A stretch of DNA of 64,000 nt from Nitrososphaeraceae archaeon (lineage in GTDB: Archaea > Thermoproteota > Nitrososphaeria > Nitrososphaerales > Nitrososphaeraceae): NCBI GenBank assembly GCA_036380115.1, contig DASVFI010000070.1, positions 2,137 to 66,136 of the forward strand. Reading direction: 5' to 3'. Under the pieces are notes generated by a model that was not told the origin of the DNA, did not search any database, and saw only the letters and a program-made list of their open reading frames with translations. The stretch's first letter is position 1. Every line of letters begins with the position of its first letter. The translations under genes were made by a program, and so were the position numbers. This document shows positions 46,704-56,341 of this stretch, in pieces.

Positions 46704-47756
46704 TTATTTGAATTCTTCTTCTAAAATTTTTTTCTTTTTACTTAATTGGAAAATTTTATCTGTATATGCTAAAGCTTTCCTTCTAGGTTCCTTAAAAACC
46801 ATAGATTGAATCAATAAGTGATTTTCAGGAATCACCATTCCTGTTTGATCATCTGAATATAAAATTTTAAGAACATCGTCTTGGCTTCTCATCACCTCCT
46901 GATGAATATGAACCATATTTGTATCGCCATGAATAAACCCCATTTCAAGCGCCTTTTTTCTTACGTCAGCAGTTCCCTTTGCAGAATTTAAAATGGATAC
47001 ACCAAATTCCTTCTCAAAGGAATCTAAAATTTCATTTTTTGAGGGAGCTTTGTCTTTAAATCTAACAAACATTTGATGCAGATGCATCATTCTTGAAGGT
47101 GCTTTATATGAATCTACAAATAGATTTACATCAGGAAGGAAAGATTTTACATCGTCCTGATGATGAGGACTTTTATCCCATTCTATAGAATCTTTTACAT
47201 CTTTTGCATCTTCTAAATCAGCCCATCTTCTAATTAATGTGACATCATATCTAATAATTCTATCACCAAAGTTTTCGATCAAAGGTTGCATTACTCTTCC
47301 CATGCCGGAGACATTACAACTTCCTTGGATAACATAGGATTTATCTACTACTTTGTCGTAATTAACCCTCGAATTATGAATAACATCTGCAACAGAGTAT
47401 TTGCCTTCTCTATCTTCTCCACCTTGAAATATCGCCATTTTTTTCATAGGTAAATAAAATTTTTGTTTATTTGCAAATCCTACACCTTCTTTAGATGCAT
47501 CTATTATAACATCACTTTGTTCAATAGCTTCTTCAATATAACCACTGAACTCCAGTTTTTTATTATTAAAATCTTTTTCAATAGTTTGTGGTATAAAGAC
47601 TTTATAACCATTGGAAACAGCTTCCTTTGCTCTTTCATCAGCACTATATTTCGCTATACCAATCAAATTTACTTTTCTATCTAAGCTAAATGCTGTAGCC
47701 AATCTTCTTCCAATATTACCATAACCATTAATGAATAATTTAACCATTTCAACCAC
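46704..47756 (-). CDS. gap: Glyceraldehyde-3-phosphate dehydrogenase, type II (archaeal)
   Basis: 350 aa with INGYGNIGRR and the active-site region QGSCNVSG, typical of archaeal phosphorylating GAPDH. Confidence 0.9.
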   Translation of the reverse strand: MVEMVKLFINGYGNIGRRLATAFSLDRKVNLIGIAKYSADERAKEAVSNGYKVFIPQTIEKDFNNKKLEFSGYIEEAIEQSDVIIDASKEGVGFANKQKFYLPMKKMAIFQGGEDREGKYSVADVIHNSRVNYDKVVDKSYVIQGSCNVSGMGRVMQPLIENFGDRIIRYDVTLIRRWADLEDAKDVKDSIEWDKSPHHQDDVKSFLPDVNLFVDSYKAPSRMMHLHQMFVRFKDKAPSKNEILDSFEKEFGVSILNSAKGTADVRKKALEMGFIHGDTNMVHIHQEVMRSQDDVLKILYSDDQTGMVIPENHLLIQSMVFKEPRRKALAYTDKIFQLSKKKKILEEEFK

Positions 47757-47908
47757 TAAAATCTTCTTTAAACTATTGAATTAAAAGTATTATATATTTT
47801 ATTTTTATTTTTCATTTAAATAAAGTAAAATATTCAGTTCATTATCATTGTATTTCATATTTGAAATGTTTAAATGAGTTTATAATTAAGTATATTATCT
47901 AAAAACAA

Positions 47909-48496
47909 ATGAAAATTTTAATTATTGATAATTATGATTCTTTTGTTTATAATATTGCGCAATCTCTAGGCCAAAGTAATATAAAGACTTTAGTGTACAG
48001 GAATGACAAAGTTACTCTTAATGATATTAGAAGGATGAATGTAGACGCAATAATCATATCACCTGGCCCTGGAAACCCAGAAGATAAGAAATACTTTGGA
48101 ATTTGTAAGAACATTATAAAAATATTAGGAAAAGAAATTCCAGTTTTAGGAATTTGTTTAGGACATCAAGGTATAGTATCAGCTTTTGGAGGAAAAATCA
48201 TTAACGCAGGTAAAACTAGACATGGCAAAACAAGTAAGATATACTATAAAACTGATCCTTTATTTGAAGATGTCGAAAACCCTTTCAATGCTACTCGTTA
48301 TCATTCACTTATAGCAGATAAAAAAACTTTCCCTAACTGCTTAGAAATAACAGCAAATTCAATAGATGATAATGAGATTATGGCTATAACTCATAAACAG
48401 CATCCTATCAAAGGAGTTCAATTTCATCCAGAATCAATACTAACAGGAGAAGGATTGAAAATATTGAATAATTTTATTTCATTTGTAAAAAAATGA
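47909..48496 (+). CDS. trpG: Anthranilate/aminodeoxychorismate synthase component II (glutamine amidotransferase)
   Basis: 195 aa with ILIIDNYDSFVYN, GICLGHQ and GVQFHPES motifs. Confidence 0.85.
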   Translation: MKILIIDNYDSFVYNIAQSLGQSNIKTLVYRNDKVTLNDIRRMNVDAIIISPGPGNPEDKKYFGICKNIIKILGKEIPVLGICLGHQGIVSAFGGKIINAGKTRHGKTSKIYYKTDPLFEDVENPFNATRYHSLIADKKTFPNCLEITANSIDDNEIMAITHKQHPIKGVQFHPESILTGEGLKILNNFISFVKK

Positions 48497-49569
48497 CACA
48501 TGAAGAGGCTAATATAAAAAATTTTTCGGACAAGGTTTACTCTAAAGAAGGCTTATCTCTTAATGAAGCTAGGGAGTTATTTAGAAACATAATTGAAGGC
48601 AAAATCCGAAATTCTTATGTTACTACTATTTTAAGAGAAATTTCATTAAGAGGAGAAGCAGTTGATGAAATTCTTGCAATGATACAAATTATTAAGGAGA
48701 ATTCTATAACTATTAGTCCTAATATCAAAAATAATCTGATAGATATTTGTGGTACTGGTGGTGATAAAATCAAAACATTTAACATTAGTACTGCATCTGC
48801 AATTGTTGCTGCCTCTGCTGGTTCAATTATAGCAAAACACGGGAATCGATCTGCCTCCGGTTTATGCGGTAGTGCTGATTTTTTAGAATATATTGGATTA
48901 GATCTAAATAATTCTCCGCAAATGGTATCATGGAATATTGAGAAATTAGGTATAGGATTTTTGTTTGCGCCTATTTTTCATCCAATTTTAAAAAACGTTT
49001 CTAAATTAAGGAAGAATATGGGTATAAAAACAATATTTAATATTGCTGCCCCATTATGCAATCCCTGTGACAATTTAACTGGTCAAATTATAGGAGTTTC
49101 TGATCCATTATTATTAAATAAATTATCTAAAGTTACTGAAAAAATAAATAAACAATTCTTCTTAATCCATTCAAATGACGGATTTGATGAAATTTCGAAT
49201 ACCGGAACAAACAATATAATATATGTTAACAAAGGAGAAATTAGGAAATTTAATTTAAATCCTATTGAGCTAGGAATACCCATTACTTCCATACACAATA
49301 TTGCTATTAAAGATAAAGAGGAATCGGTCAGATTGACACTTGAATCTATATATGGTTTAGCTAGAAAAGATATTGAAGATATTGTAGTTTTGAATTCTGC
49401 CCCCATTTTAGTTTTATCGGATATTGCCAAAAACATCAAAGAAGGAATAGACATATCTCGATCTGCAATTAAAGAAGGAAAAGCAAGAAAAAAATTAGAA
49501 GAGCTAATAACATGTTATGGAGAAAAAGAAAAATTATTTGAAGTTGAAAAACTATTTGATATAATATAA
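48493..49569 (+). CDS. trpD: Anthranilate phosphoribosyltransferase
   Basis: 358 aa with DICGTGGD, FNISTASAIVAA and KHGNRSASG motifs. The ATG overlaps the trpG stop (ATGA). Confidence 0.85.
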   Translation: MTHEEANIKNFSDKVYSKEGLSLNEARELFRNIIEGKIRNSYVTTILREISLRGEAVDEILAMIQIIKENSITISPNIKNNLIDICGTGGDKIKTFNISTASAIVAASAGSIIAKHGNRSASGLCGSADFLEYIGLDLNNSPQMVSWNIEKLGIGFLFAPIFHPILKNVSKLRKNMGIKTIFNIAAPLCNPCDNLTGQIIGVSDPLLLNKLSKVTEKINKQFFLIHSNDGFDEISNTGTNNIIYVNKGEIRKFNLNPIELGIPITSIHNIAIKDKEESVRLTLESIYGLARKDIEDIVVLNSAPILVLSDIAKNIKEGIDISRSAIKEGKARKKLEELITCYGEKEKLFEVEKLFDII

Positions 49570-49938
49570 CAATTTATCTTTTTAAAATCGAACAAATTGT
49601 ATTTAACCATTTAAACATTTGTGTTAAAAATAAATACAAAATCTTTAGAAATAAATGACTGTATTGAAATCATAAATTGAGAATTATTATTATTAGACTT
49701 TGAAATAGCCATGATTAATTAGGATTTGTTAGTGGGACTAATTCATATTCTCACCAATCACTATAATAATTTTATATTATAATAGTTTAAAAAAACTTGA
49801 TTTTTCAATAGGATTACAATACAACTAATCTAACTAACAAAAATCCATAGTTTTTGTTATTCCCTTTATTTTATTTATAACCTGTATATCATGCTCTAAT
49901 GCAAATGCTTATATGAGTTTATAAAAGTAAATACACTA

Positions 49939-50301
49939 TTGAGTTTTCAATTTAATACATTAGAAGATAAATCAAATATAATATTAAATAGAAGAGAATT
50001 GAGAATTTCCTTAAAAAATGCAGCAGGAAAAATAAGTAAAATAGAATTAATAAAGATATTATCAAAAAATTTTAATGTAGATGAAAAGAAAATCTTTCCC
50101 ATTTCATTGTATGGTGAAAAAGGCAAAACAGACATCAATGCCACTATATTTATCTATGAAGATTCAGAATTAGCAAAAAGTCATCTTCCAAAGTATAGGA
50201 TACTTAGAAAACTCTCAGGGGAAGATAGAAAGAAAATAATTGATGAAGAAAAAGCTGCAAAGTTGAAAGCTAAGCAAGCTGCTAAGGCAGAATCCAAATA
50301 A
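49939..50301 (+). CDS. rps24e: 30S ribosomal protein S24e
   Basis: 120 aa with NIILNRRELRISL... and a K/A-rich tail. TTG start. It is followed by S27ae, as in many archaea. Confidence 0.85.
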   Translation: MSFQFNTLEDKSNIILNRRELRISLKNAAGKISKIELIKILSKNFNVDEKKIFPISLYGEKGKTDINATIFIYEDSELAKSHLPKYRILRKLSGEDRKKIIDEEKAAKLKAKQAAKAESK

Positions 50302-50315
50302 AAAAGGTGAAATAA

Positions 50316-50498
50316 ATGGCAGATAAAAAAAATGATAAAGATTCTCAAGTATACAAGTTCTTTAAAGTACAAAGTAACATAGTAGAACGCATCAAGAGGG
50401 ATTGTCCCAGATGTGGAAAAGGAGTGTTCATGGCCGCTCACAAAGACCGACATACTTGTGGAAAGTGTGGATTCACCGAATTTATTCAAAAAAAATAA
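50316..50498 (+). CDS. rps27ae: 30S ribosomal protein S27ae
   Basis: 60 aa with the zinc ribbon [23 protein letters not shown]. Confidence 0.85.
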   Translation: MADKKNDKDSQVYKFFKVQSNIVERIKRDCPRCGKGVFMAAHKDRHTCGKCGFTEFIQKK

Positions 50499-50527
50499 CT
50501 TAATTTGAAATTACTTTATTTATTACA

Positions 50528-51214
50528 TTACTTTTCTAAAGACATTAATTTTTCTCTTAATTTTGGATTAAGTGAAAAATTCAATATATATTCAACTGGG
50601 ATTTTGATATTGTTATCTTCTATCTTAATTTTTCTAATTGGAAGTCCTGCATTAACCCATTTTTGAACTACTCTTTTTTCTAAAGTTGAATCCTTAAATC
50701 CATCTTCAAATTTATTTGTTATATAATGTAACAATATTTTATCATTATTAAAGACTTTTTTTGCATCCACTAAATGATTCTGGTCTTCATATATACATTC
50801 ATAAAAATTATTACTTCGGTTATCTGATAGTATATCCATTCTGTTTATTTTAGACAACAAATGAAGATAATGTAAAAATTCATGTCCTAATATAGCATAA
50901 ATAGAACTCTTTGTTCCATAAGCAACTAAAGGCGCCATAATTTGAATTATAATATTTAATTTGTTATCAAGGCCTATTATTGGAATAGTCCTTGCAAACA
51001 ATACTCCATATTCTGTTACATCAAGTGACGAATATGAAACAAGTAAATTAGGTTCTATGTAAAAAAATGGAAATTTTATATTTGTGGTATACTCAATACG
51101 GCGTATACCTTCTTTTACAATTGTAAAGCCTTTAAAAATTAAATTATATAGTTTATTAGAAATTTGATTATCTAAATATCCTAATTTAACTTTGTATAGA
51201 GGATCAATTTCCAT
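50528..51214 (-). CDS. Hypothetical protein with HExxH motif (possible zinc metallopeptidase)
   Basis: 228 aa with a single HEFLH in AILGHEFLHYLH. No other family signature recognised. Confidence 0.5.
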   Translation of the reverse strand: MEIDPLYKVKLGYLDNQISNKLYNLIFKGFTIVKEGIRRIEYTTNIKFPFFYIEPNLLVSYSSLDVTEYGVLFARTIPIIGLDNKLNIIIQIMAPLVAYGTKSSIYAILGHEFLHYLHLLSKINRMDILSDNRSNNFYECIYEDQNHLVDAKKVFNNDKILLHYITNKFEDGFKDSTLEKRVVQKWVNAGLPIRKIKIEDNNIKIPVEYILNFSLNPKLREKLMSLEK

Positions 51215-51248
51215 TACTATTAAAAATTACCCGTTTTATATAAAAAAA

Positions 51249-52370
51249 TTACGAAATTGAGACATCCAGGATATCAAATTTTAAACATTCACATTGATTT
51301 TTTAGTTTTAATGATATATTAGGTTCCATGAATGTCCTTCCTTCAATAAATTGTCTTAAAAAAAGACCACTATCGCATTCTAAAATAATTATAAAATGAA
51401 ATGGATCAAGTTTTTTAAATTTAATATTATAAATTTTTTTATAGAGGAATTTTGACTTGTAATAATAACGTATTATAGAATTATTTAATTCCTTTAGACT
51501 TATAAGAGAAAAATTACTTATTGGATTAGCTGTTTTTACAAAGATTTTATTTTTAACCCTAAAATGTAGATTTACATATTCTAGAAAATCTTTTTTTTCT
51601 ATAATTTTAAAATATAATCCATTGTGGATAAATATCTTATTTAATTTAACTTTTCTTTGCCTGGGATTTATAATGTGAATATAAAAAAGTCGGCCCTTTC
51701 CCAATACTTGACTATTGTCATCTTCGCTTCCGCTCCAGGTAAAAATCATGCGATCCGATTTAATACATCTTGACAAAGTTTTTTGTATAATCATTTCGAT
51801 TGATTGTTTTTTTTGTAGGGCAAAATTTGAATTATCTTTTGATAGAGATTCTATATCATTTTTTTCCTTTTGAGTTAACAATTTTGTCTTTTTATATTTA
51901 CCAATCAAATAAAAAGAACGAGATATAGTTTTAATAGAATAATCATTACTATTGGAAATAAATAAATCTATTTTAATATCGGGGTTAATAAGATTCATTT
52001 TTTTTTTTGATCGAGATTTAAATTTCCTCCTTATATTGAAATTAAAAGAAGATTTTATATTTTCGATATCTTTTAACTTATAAAGTGACCTAATATAATC
52101 TTCTTTATCAAACATAAAATATGGTAAAGAGGTTCCAATTGAAAATGAATGATAATCATATTTTTCTTGAAAATCAACAATATAAAATATCCTCTGTACA
52201 ATTTCGTCAATCTTGTAAAAAATTCCTTGACAAATAAAACAATCACTAATGGCTTTTCTATTATCATGTTTTTGATCAGGAAAATTTCTTCTTAGACAGA
52301 AATAACATAATGAAGAGTAAAAATTAAATGTTTTTAAATTTTTTAGATATTTTGATTTAACCAAAACCAA
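51249..52370 (-). CDS. pus10: tRNA pseudouridine synthase Pus10
   Basis: 373 aa with N-terminal zinc motifs CYFCLRRNF...CFICQG. The core GSEDDNSQVLGKGRLFYIHI resembles the Pus10 G(R)ED.D...LG.GRPF motif. Confidence 0.7.
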   Translation of the reverse strand: MVLVKSKYLKNLKTFNFYSSLCYFCLRRNFPDQKHDNRKAISDCFICQGIFYKIDEIVQRIFYIVDFQEKYDYHSFSIGTSLPYFMFDKEDYIRSLYKLKDIENIKSSFNFNIRRKFKSRSKKKMNLINPDIKIDLFISNSNDYSIKTISRSFYLIGKYKKTKLLTQKEKNDIESLSKDNSNFALQKKQSIEMIIQKTLSRCIKSDRMIFTWSGSEDDNSQVLGKGRLFYIHIINPRQRKVKLNKIFIHNGLYFKIIEKKDFLEYVNLHFRVKNKIFVKTANPISNFSLISLKELNNSIIRYYYKSKFLYKKIYNIKFKKLDPFHFIIILECDSGLFLRQFIEGRTFMEPNISLKLKNQCECLKFDILDVSIS

Positions 52371-53724
52371 ATCTTCTCAACATGCCATGCATTTGTCTCC
52401 CTTTTGCTTGTTTCATCATTGTTTTTGAATTATTATATTGTTTTATCATATCTTTTACCTCATGTTCTGTAATGCCAGAACCGCGAGAAATTCTTTTTCT
52501 CCTAGAATCATTAATGCTATTAGGATCTTTTTTCTCGTCTTTTGTCATTGATTGTATTATATATCGCCATTTCTCGATTTTTCCTTGCAATACATCTAAT
52601 TGTTCATCTTTTACCATTCCAGATAATCCAGGTAAATTTTCTATAACATTCCTAAATCCCATTTTACTAACATTTTCCATTTGAGAATAAAAATCCTCAA
52701 TGGTCATTCTACCTCCCAAAAGTCGCTTAGCTTGGTTTTCGTCTGCTTCTAGTTCTAAGCTTTTTGCCATATCCAAAAGGGCTTTGATGTCCCCCATTCC
52801 AAGCAATCGTCCAACAAATCTTGTTGGTGAAAATAATTCTAAATCATCCAAACGCTCACCTGTACCAATAAAAACAATTTTTCCTCCAGTAGCAGCTGAT
52901 GCTGCTAAAGCACCTCCACCTTTTGCTGTTCCGTCTAATTTTGTTATAACTATTCCTCCAATTGGAGCGGCATCATGAAATGCTTTTGCTTGACTATATG
53001 CTTGCTGTCCTATGGTTCCATCTATAACTAAAAGAACCAAATCAGGCTTAGTAACCTGGTGTATTTCATTCATCTCTTCAAGTAAGCCAGATTCTTCTTT
53101 ATGTCTACCTGCTGTATCAATAATAATTATATCATAATCTTGAGAATCATAATAATGTAACCCATTTTTTACTATTGAGATTGGATTCTTATTTTCTTCT
53201 TCTCCGTACACTTCAACTTTAATCTTTATACAATTCATTTTTAATTGGGTTAAAGCGCCGGGTCGCCAAGTGTCTGCTCCAATTATTCCTACTTTATATC
53301 CATGTTTTGAAAGCCACCTAGCAATTTTAACAGTACAGGTAGTTTTACCACTTCCTTGGATTCCTAACATCAATATTATATTTTTTTTACCTGGTTGAAA
53401 ATGCAAAGAATCTTCTTGGATTGATTGAGCTTTTTCTACATTAATAATTTGGTCACCACTATAACCCAAAAGAGAAGAAATTTCATTATATAAAATTGTA
53501 ATAATATGATCTTTTTTTGTTAATCCTTTAGGAGGCTGCTCATTCAATGCTCGTTCTTTAAGATTTTTTGTTATAGAAAGAACGAGTCTTACATTCACAT
53601 CTGATTGTAATAGTGATCTTTGAATATCTTTACATAGTGAATCTATAAGTTCTTCATTAATATCAGACGCTCCAACTATTTTCTTTAAAGCACTTCTCAG
53701 ACCTGTTCGAAGATTATCTAACAT
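52357..53724 (-). CDS. srp54: Signal recognition particle protein SRP54
   Basis: 455 aa with GTPase motifs [14 protein letters not shown] and TKLDG, plus a Met-rich C-terminal M domain. Confidence 0.95.
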   Translation of the reverse strand: MLDNLRTGLRSALKKIVGASDINEELIDSLCKDIQRSLLQSDVNVRLVLSITKNLKERALNEQPPKGLTKKDHIITILYNEISSLLGYSGDQIINVEKAQSIQEDSLHFQPGKKNIILMLGIQGSGKTTCTVKIARWLSKHGYKVGIIGADTWRPGALTQLKMNCIKIKVEVYGEEENKNPISIVKNGLHYYDSQDYDIIIIDTAGRHKEESGLLEEMNEIHQVTKPDLVLLVIDGTIGQQAYSQAKAFHDAAPIGGIVITKLDGTAKGGGALAASAATGGKIVFIGTGERLDDLELFSPTRFVGRLLGMGDIKALLDMAKSLELEADENQAKRLLGGRMTIEDFYSQMENVSKMGFRNVIENLPGLSGMVKDEQLDVLQGKIEKWRYIIQSMTKDEKKDPNSINDSRRKRISRGSGITEHEVKDMIKQYNNSKTMMKQAKGRQMHGMLRRFGFG

Positions 53725-54417
53725 TTACTTGTCTAATAAGACAATATCCGATATTTCTACTATACCTCTTTGTCCATCCCACTTTGTCTTTGATTTTCTA
53801 ATTTCTAACCTTTTTCTGAAAATTGGACAATCTAGAACGAGTGTTTCTGCTTCACCTCCTTCAAAAGAAATGTTAAACCCATACTTTTTACTCAACAAAA
53901 TTAGGTTTTGCAGATTTATTGGTGTTATATTAGTTCCCAGCCAATTAGCCTCGAGACCCATTGCAGATACTCCAATGATTTGAATTGTAAAATTATTAGT
54001 TAGTAATTTATTCATATAATCATACTGATCAATTTGCCATAATGGTGAAATTAGTTTTAAACCGTGTTTTTCGCAGATATTATAAAATTTATTTTTTTGG
54101 AAGTTTGAACTTATTCCTCCATGGACAATTCCATTTAACTGAAATTCATCTTTTGCTTTTTCAATTAAATGATCTAACTCTTTGTATTCCTCATCGATTG
54201 AAGACGAATAAATTTTTTTTGTAATAATAGGAATTTGTAATACTTGAGATTGGATCTTGGTAATCCATATATTAGGATAATGAAATAAATAACTATCTTC
54301 GGAATGGGGAATTAAAGTTAATAGACATTTAATTGTTAGTCCCCATTGTTTAGCCAAATATAAAGAAAAAGTGCTATCCTTTCCTCCAGAAAATAAACAA
54401 CCGACATCCAAATACAA
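53725..54417 (-). CDS. Diphthine-ammonia ligase-like PP-loop ATPase (MJ0570/Dph6 family)
   Basis: 230 aa with the N-terminal PP-loop LFSGGKDS and a C-terminal EGGEAETL motif. Confidence 0.8.
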   Translation of the reverse strand: MYLDVGCLFSGGKDSTFSLYLAKQWGLTIKCLLTLIPHSEDSYLFHYPNIWITKIQSQVLQIPIITKKIYSSSIDEEYKELDHLIEKAKDEFQLNGIVHGGISSNFQKNKFYNICEKHGLKLISPLWQIDQYDYMNKLLTNNFTIQIIGVSAMGLEANWLGTNITPINLQNLILLSKKYGFNISFEGGEAETLVLDCPIFRKRLEIRKSKTKWDGQRGIVEISDIVLLDK

Positions 54418-54476
54418 ACTTTAATCAGTTACTGATATTTAATATATTCAAAAAATTCAAAGATTAAGTTATATTT

Positions 54477-54791
54477 TTAAATATATTTAGAGGGTTCAGC
54501 TATTTCGGGAAATAGCCTTACTAATTTATCGTGCTTTTCTAGAAAATTAAAGCCTATTTGAGTAGTTCTATATAATCCAGTAATTTTTGAGTATTCTACA
54601 AGTCCACTTTTTATAGCCAATGAGAGGTAACGAATAACTTGAGAGTGAGATACAGAGGCCTTATTCATTATAGTAGTTTGATATTCCCAATTATATTTTG
54701 TACAACGAAGAATTGATGCAATTACTTCTATATCTGCACGGTTTTTCATATAATTCGAGCATCCTCCATTTTCTATGCTGAGGTCTCTCAA
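54477..54791 (-). CDS. Small winged-helix DNA-binding protein (putative regulator)
   Basis: 104 aa. IMNKASVSHSQVIRYLSLAIKSGLVEY fits a wHTH recognition-helix pattern. Confidence 0.5.
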   Translation of the reverse strand: MRDLSIENGGCSNYMKNRADIEVIASILRCTKYNWEYQTTIMNKASVSHSQVIRYLSLAIKSGLVEYSKITGLYRTTQIGFNFLEKHDKLVRLFPEIAEPSKYI

Positions 54792-55054
54792 TTACTTAAA
54801 ATAAAAAAACATTTGACAATTAATCGAGACAAAATGGTTTGTAAATTTTATAACCATAAAGTAAAAGCAACACCTCAGTAACTCATAATCTTCTTCACTT
54901 ACAATGTATCAGACGGCTCTTCCTTTACTTCATCGGTGTTTGAATTGGTTATTATTATTCTACAAATTATTAATAAAAACATTTGCAAGAATACTTAATA
55001 AATCAAAATTCCATAACTTTTCAATTTTTATTATCCTTATCTTTTTAATTAGGC

Positions 55055-56107
55055 ATGGTATCTGCTAGAATAGTAAAAACAAACGATCCACTTGTTATTG
55101 AAGATGTCAATGTACCAAAGCCTAAGAATCTACAGGTTTTAGTTAGAGTAAAAGCAGCAGGAATTTGCCATAGTGATTTGCACTTATGGGAAGGTGGTTA
55201 TATGGGCGCTGGAGGAAAATTTATGAAAGTTGAAGACAGGGGAGTACGTTTTCCTTTAACACCGGGCCATGAAGTTTCTGGAATTATTGAAGATATAGGA
55301 GAATCAGTTCTACATTTTCAAAAAGGTGACAAAGTATTAGTATATCCCTGGATAGGTGATCAGGTATGTCGTTCATGTAAAGCAGGTGATGAGCATTTGT
55401 GTGAAGCACCCCAAACTCTTGGAATATATCAAGATGGAGGTTATTCAGATTTGATCTTAGTTCCTAATTACAAGTACCTTATTAAATTACAAGAGATAGA
55501 TTTTAACTCATCGGCCTCTCTTGCTTGTTCCGGACTAACTGCATATACTGCTATTAAAAAATCTGCAGCAATGCCTGGAGAGAATTTAGTGATTATTGGT
55601 GCAGGAGGATTAGGACTTATGGCAGTTCAAATTGCCAAAGCTATAACAAATGCGACCATCATAATTATGGATGTAGATGATGAAAAATTAAAAGAAGCCA
55701 AAAAATTCGGAGCAGATCTAACAGTAAATTCTATGTCTTCGGATCCTATCAAGGCAGTCAAAGATATAACTAATGGAAAGGGTTGTGAAGTAATAGTAGA
55801 TTTTGTAAACAACAATAAAACAGCTCCTACAGCTATTGAGGTTCTGAGAAAGAGGGGAAGATATATCATGGTAGGCCTTTTTGGCGGCTCATTAGAATTA
55901 AATTTGCCTCTTGTTCCCCTTAGAGCTTTCACTATCACCGGTGCATATACTGGAGGATTTAATGATTTAGTAGAATTGGTATCTCTGTTTAAAGCTGGCA
56001 AAATCAATTCAGTAGTATCTAAACAGTATAAATTAGAAGAAGCTAACAAAGCTTTGGAAGATTTGAAAAATCGTAAAATTCTAGGCAGGGCTGTTTTTAA
56101 TCCTTAA
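55055..56107 (+). CDS. Zinc-dependent alcohol dehydrogenase (MDR family)
   Basis: 350 aa with GICHSDLH, GHEVSG, the structural-Zn Cys cluster C..C..GDEHLC, and GAGGLG. Confidence 0.9.
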   Translation: MVSARIVKTNDPLVIEDVNVPKPKNLQVLVRVKAAGICHSDLHLWEGGYMGAGGKFMKVEDRGVRFPLTPGHEVSGIIEDIGESVLHFQKGDKVLVYPWIGDQVCRSCKAGDEHLCEAPQTLGIYQDGGYSDLILVPNYKYLIKLQEIDFNSSASLACSGLTAYTAIKKSAAMPGENLVIIGAGGLGLMAVQIAKAITNATIIIMDVDDEKLKEAKKFGADLTVNSMSSDPIKAVKDITNGKGCEVIVDFVNNNKTAPTAIEVLRKRGRYIMVGLFGGSLELNLPLVPLRAFTITGAYTGGFNDLVELVSLFKAGKINSVVSKQYKLEEANKALEDLKNRKILGRAVFNP

Positions 56108-56116
56108 ATTTTTGTA

Positions 56117-56279
56117 TCCCGCGAGCAGGATTTGCTCCATAATAACTACATCGTTATCGTGTTTGAGCCTGCGACAATTCGGTTTCTGAATTAATGTTAG
56201 CCTGATAGGCTGAAAATTCGGTTAGCTAATTTAGCCAACTACTACAGCCGAAAGCTCTACCAGGCTGAGCTATCGCGGG
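56117..56279 (-). tRNA. tRNA-Tyr (anticodon GTA) interrupted by two insertions (introns)
   Basis: Hand fold on the reverse strand. Acceptor CCCGCGA/TCGCGGG (C1-G72), D-arm GCTC-AGCCTGGTA-GAGC, anticodon stem TTCGG/CCGAA with CTGTAG..A. Variable loop TTGTC, T-stem GCAGG/CCTGC, discriminator A. Total length is 163 nt: a 74-nt mature tRNA, a 58-nt insert after position 37 (56184-56241), and 31 extra nt inside the T-loop (within 56130-56167). Confidence 0.8.
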
Positions 56280-56341
56280 ATGTTTGTTTGTTGTACTTAT
56301 GATATATAATTGTGACTCATATCAGAATTAGAATTAAACAA

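Noticed and set aside
51249-52370. Possible loss of the Pus10 catalytic Asp (GSEDDN versus the G-R-E-D-x-D pattern I recall).
   Set aside because: I cannot recall with certainty which Asp of the motif is catalytic, and two Asp residues are retained. An alignment is needed before any claim.
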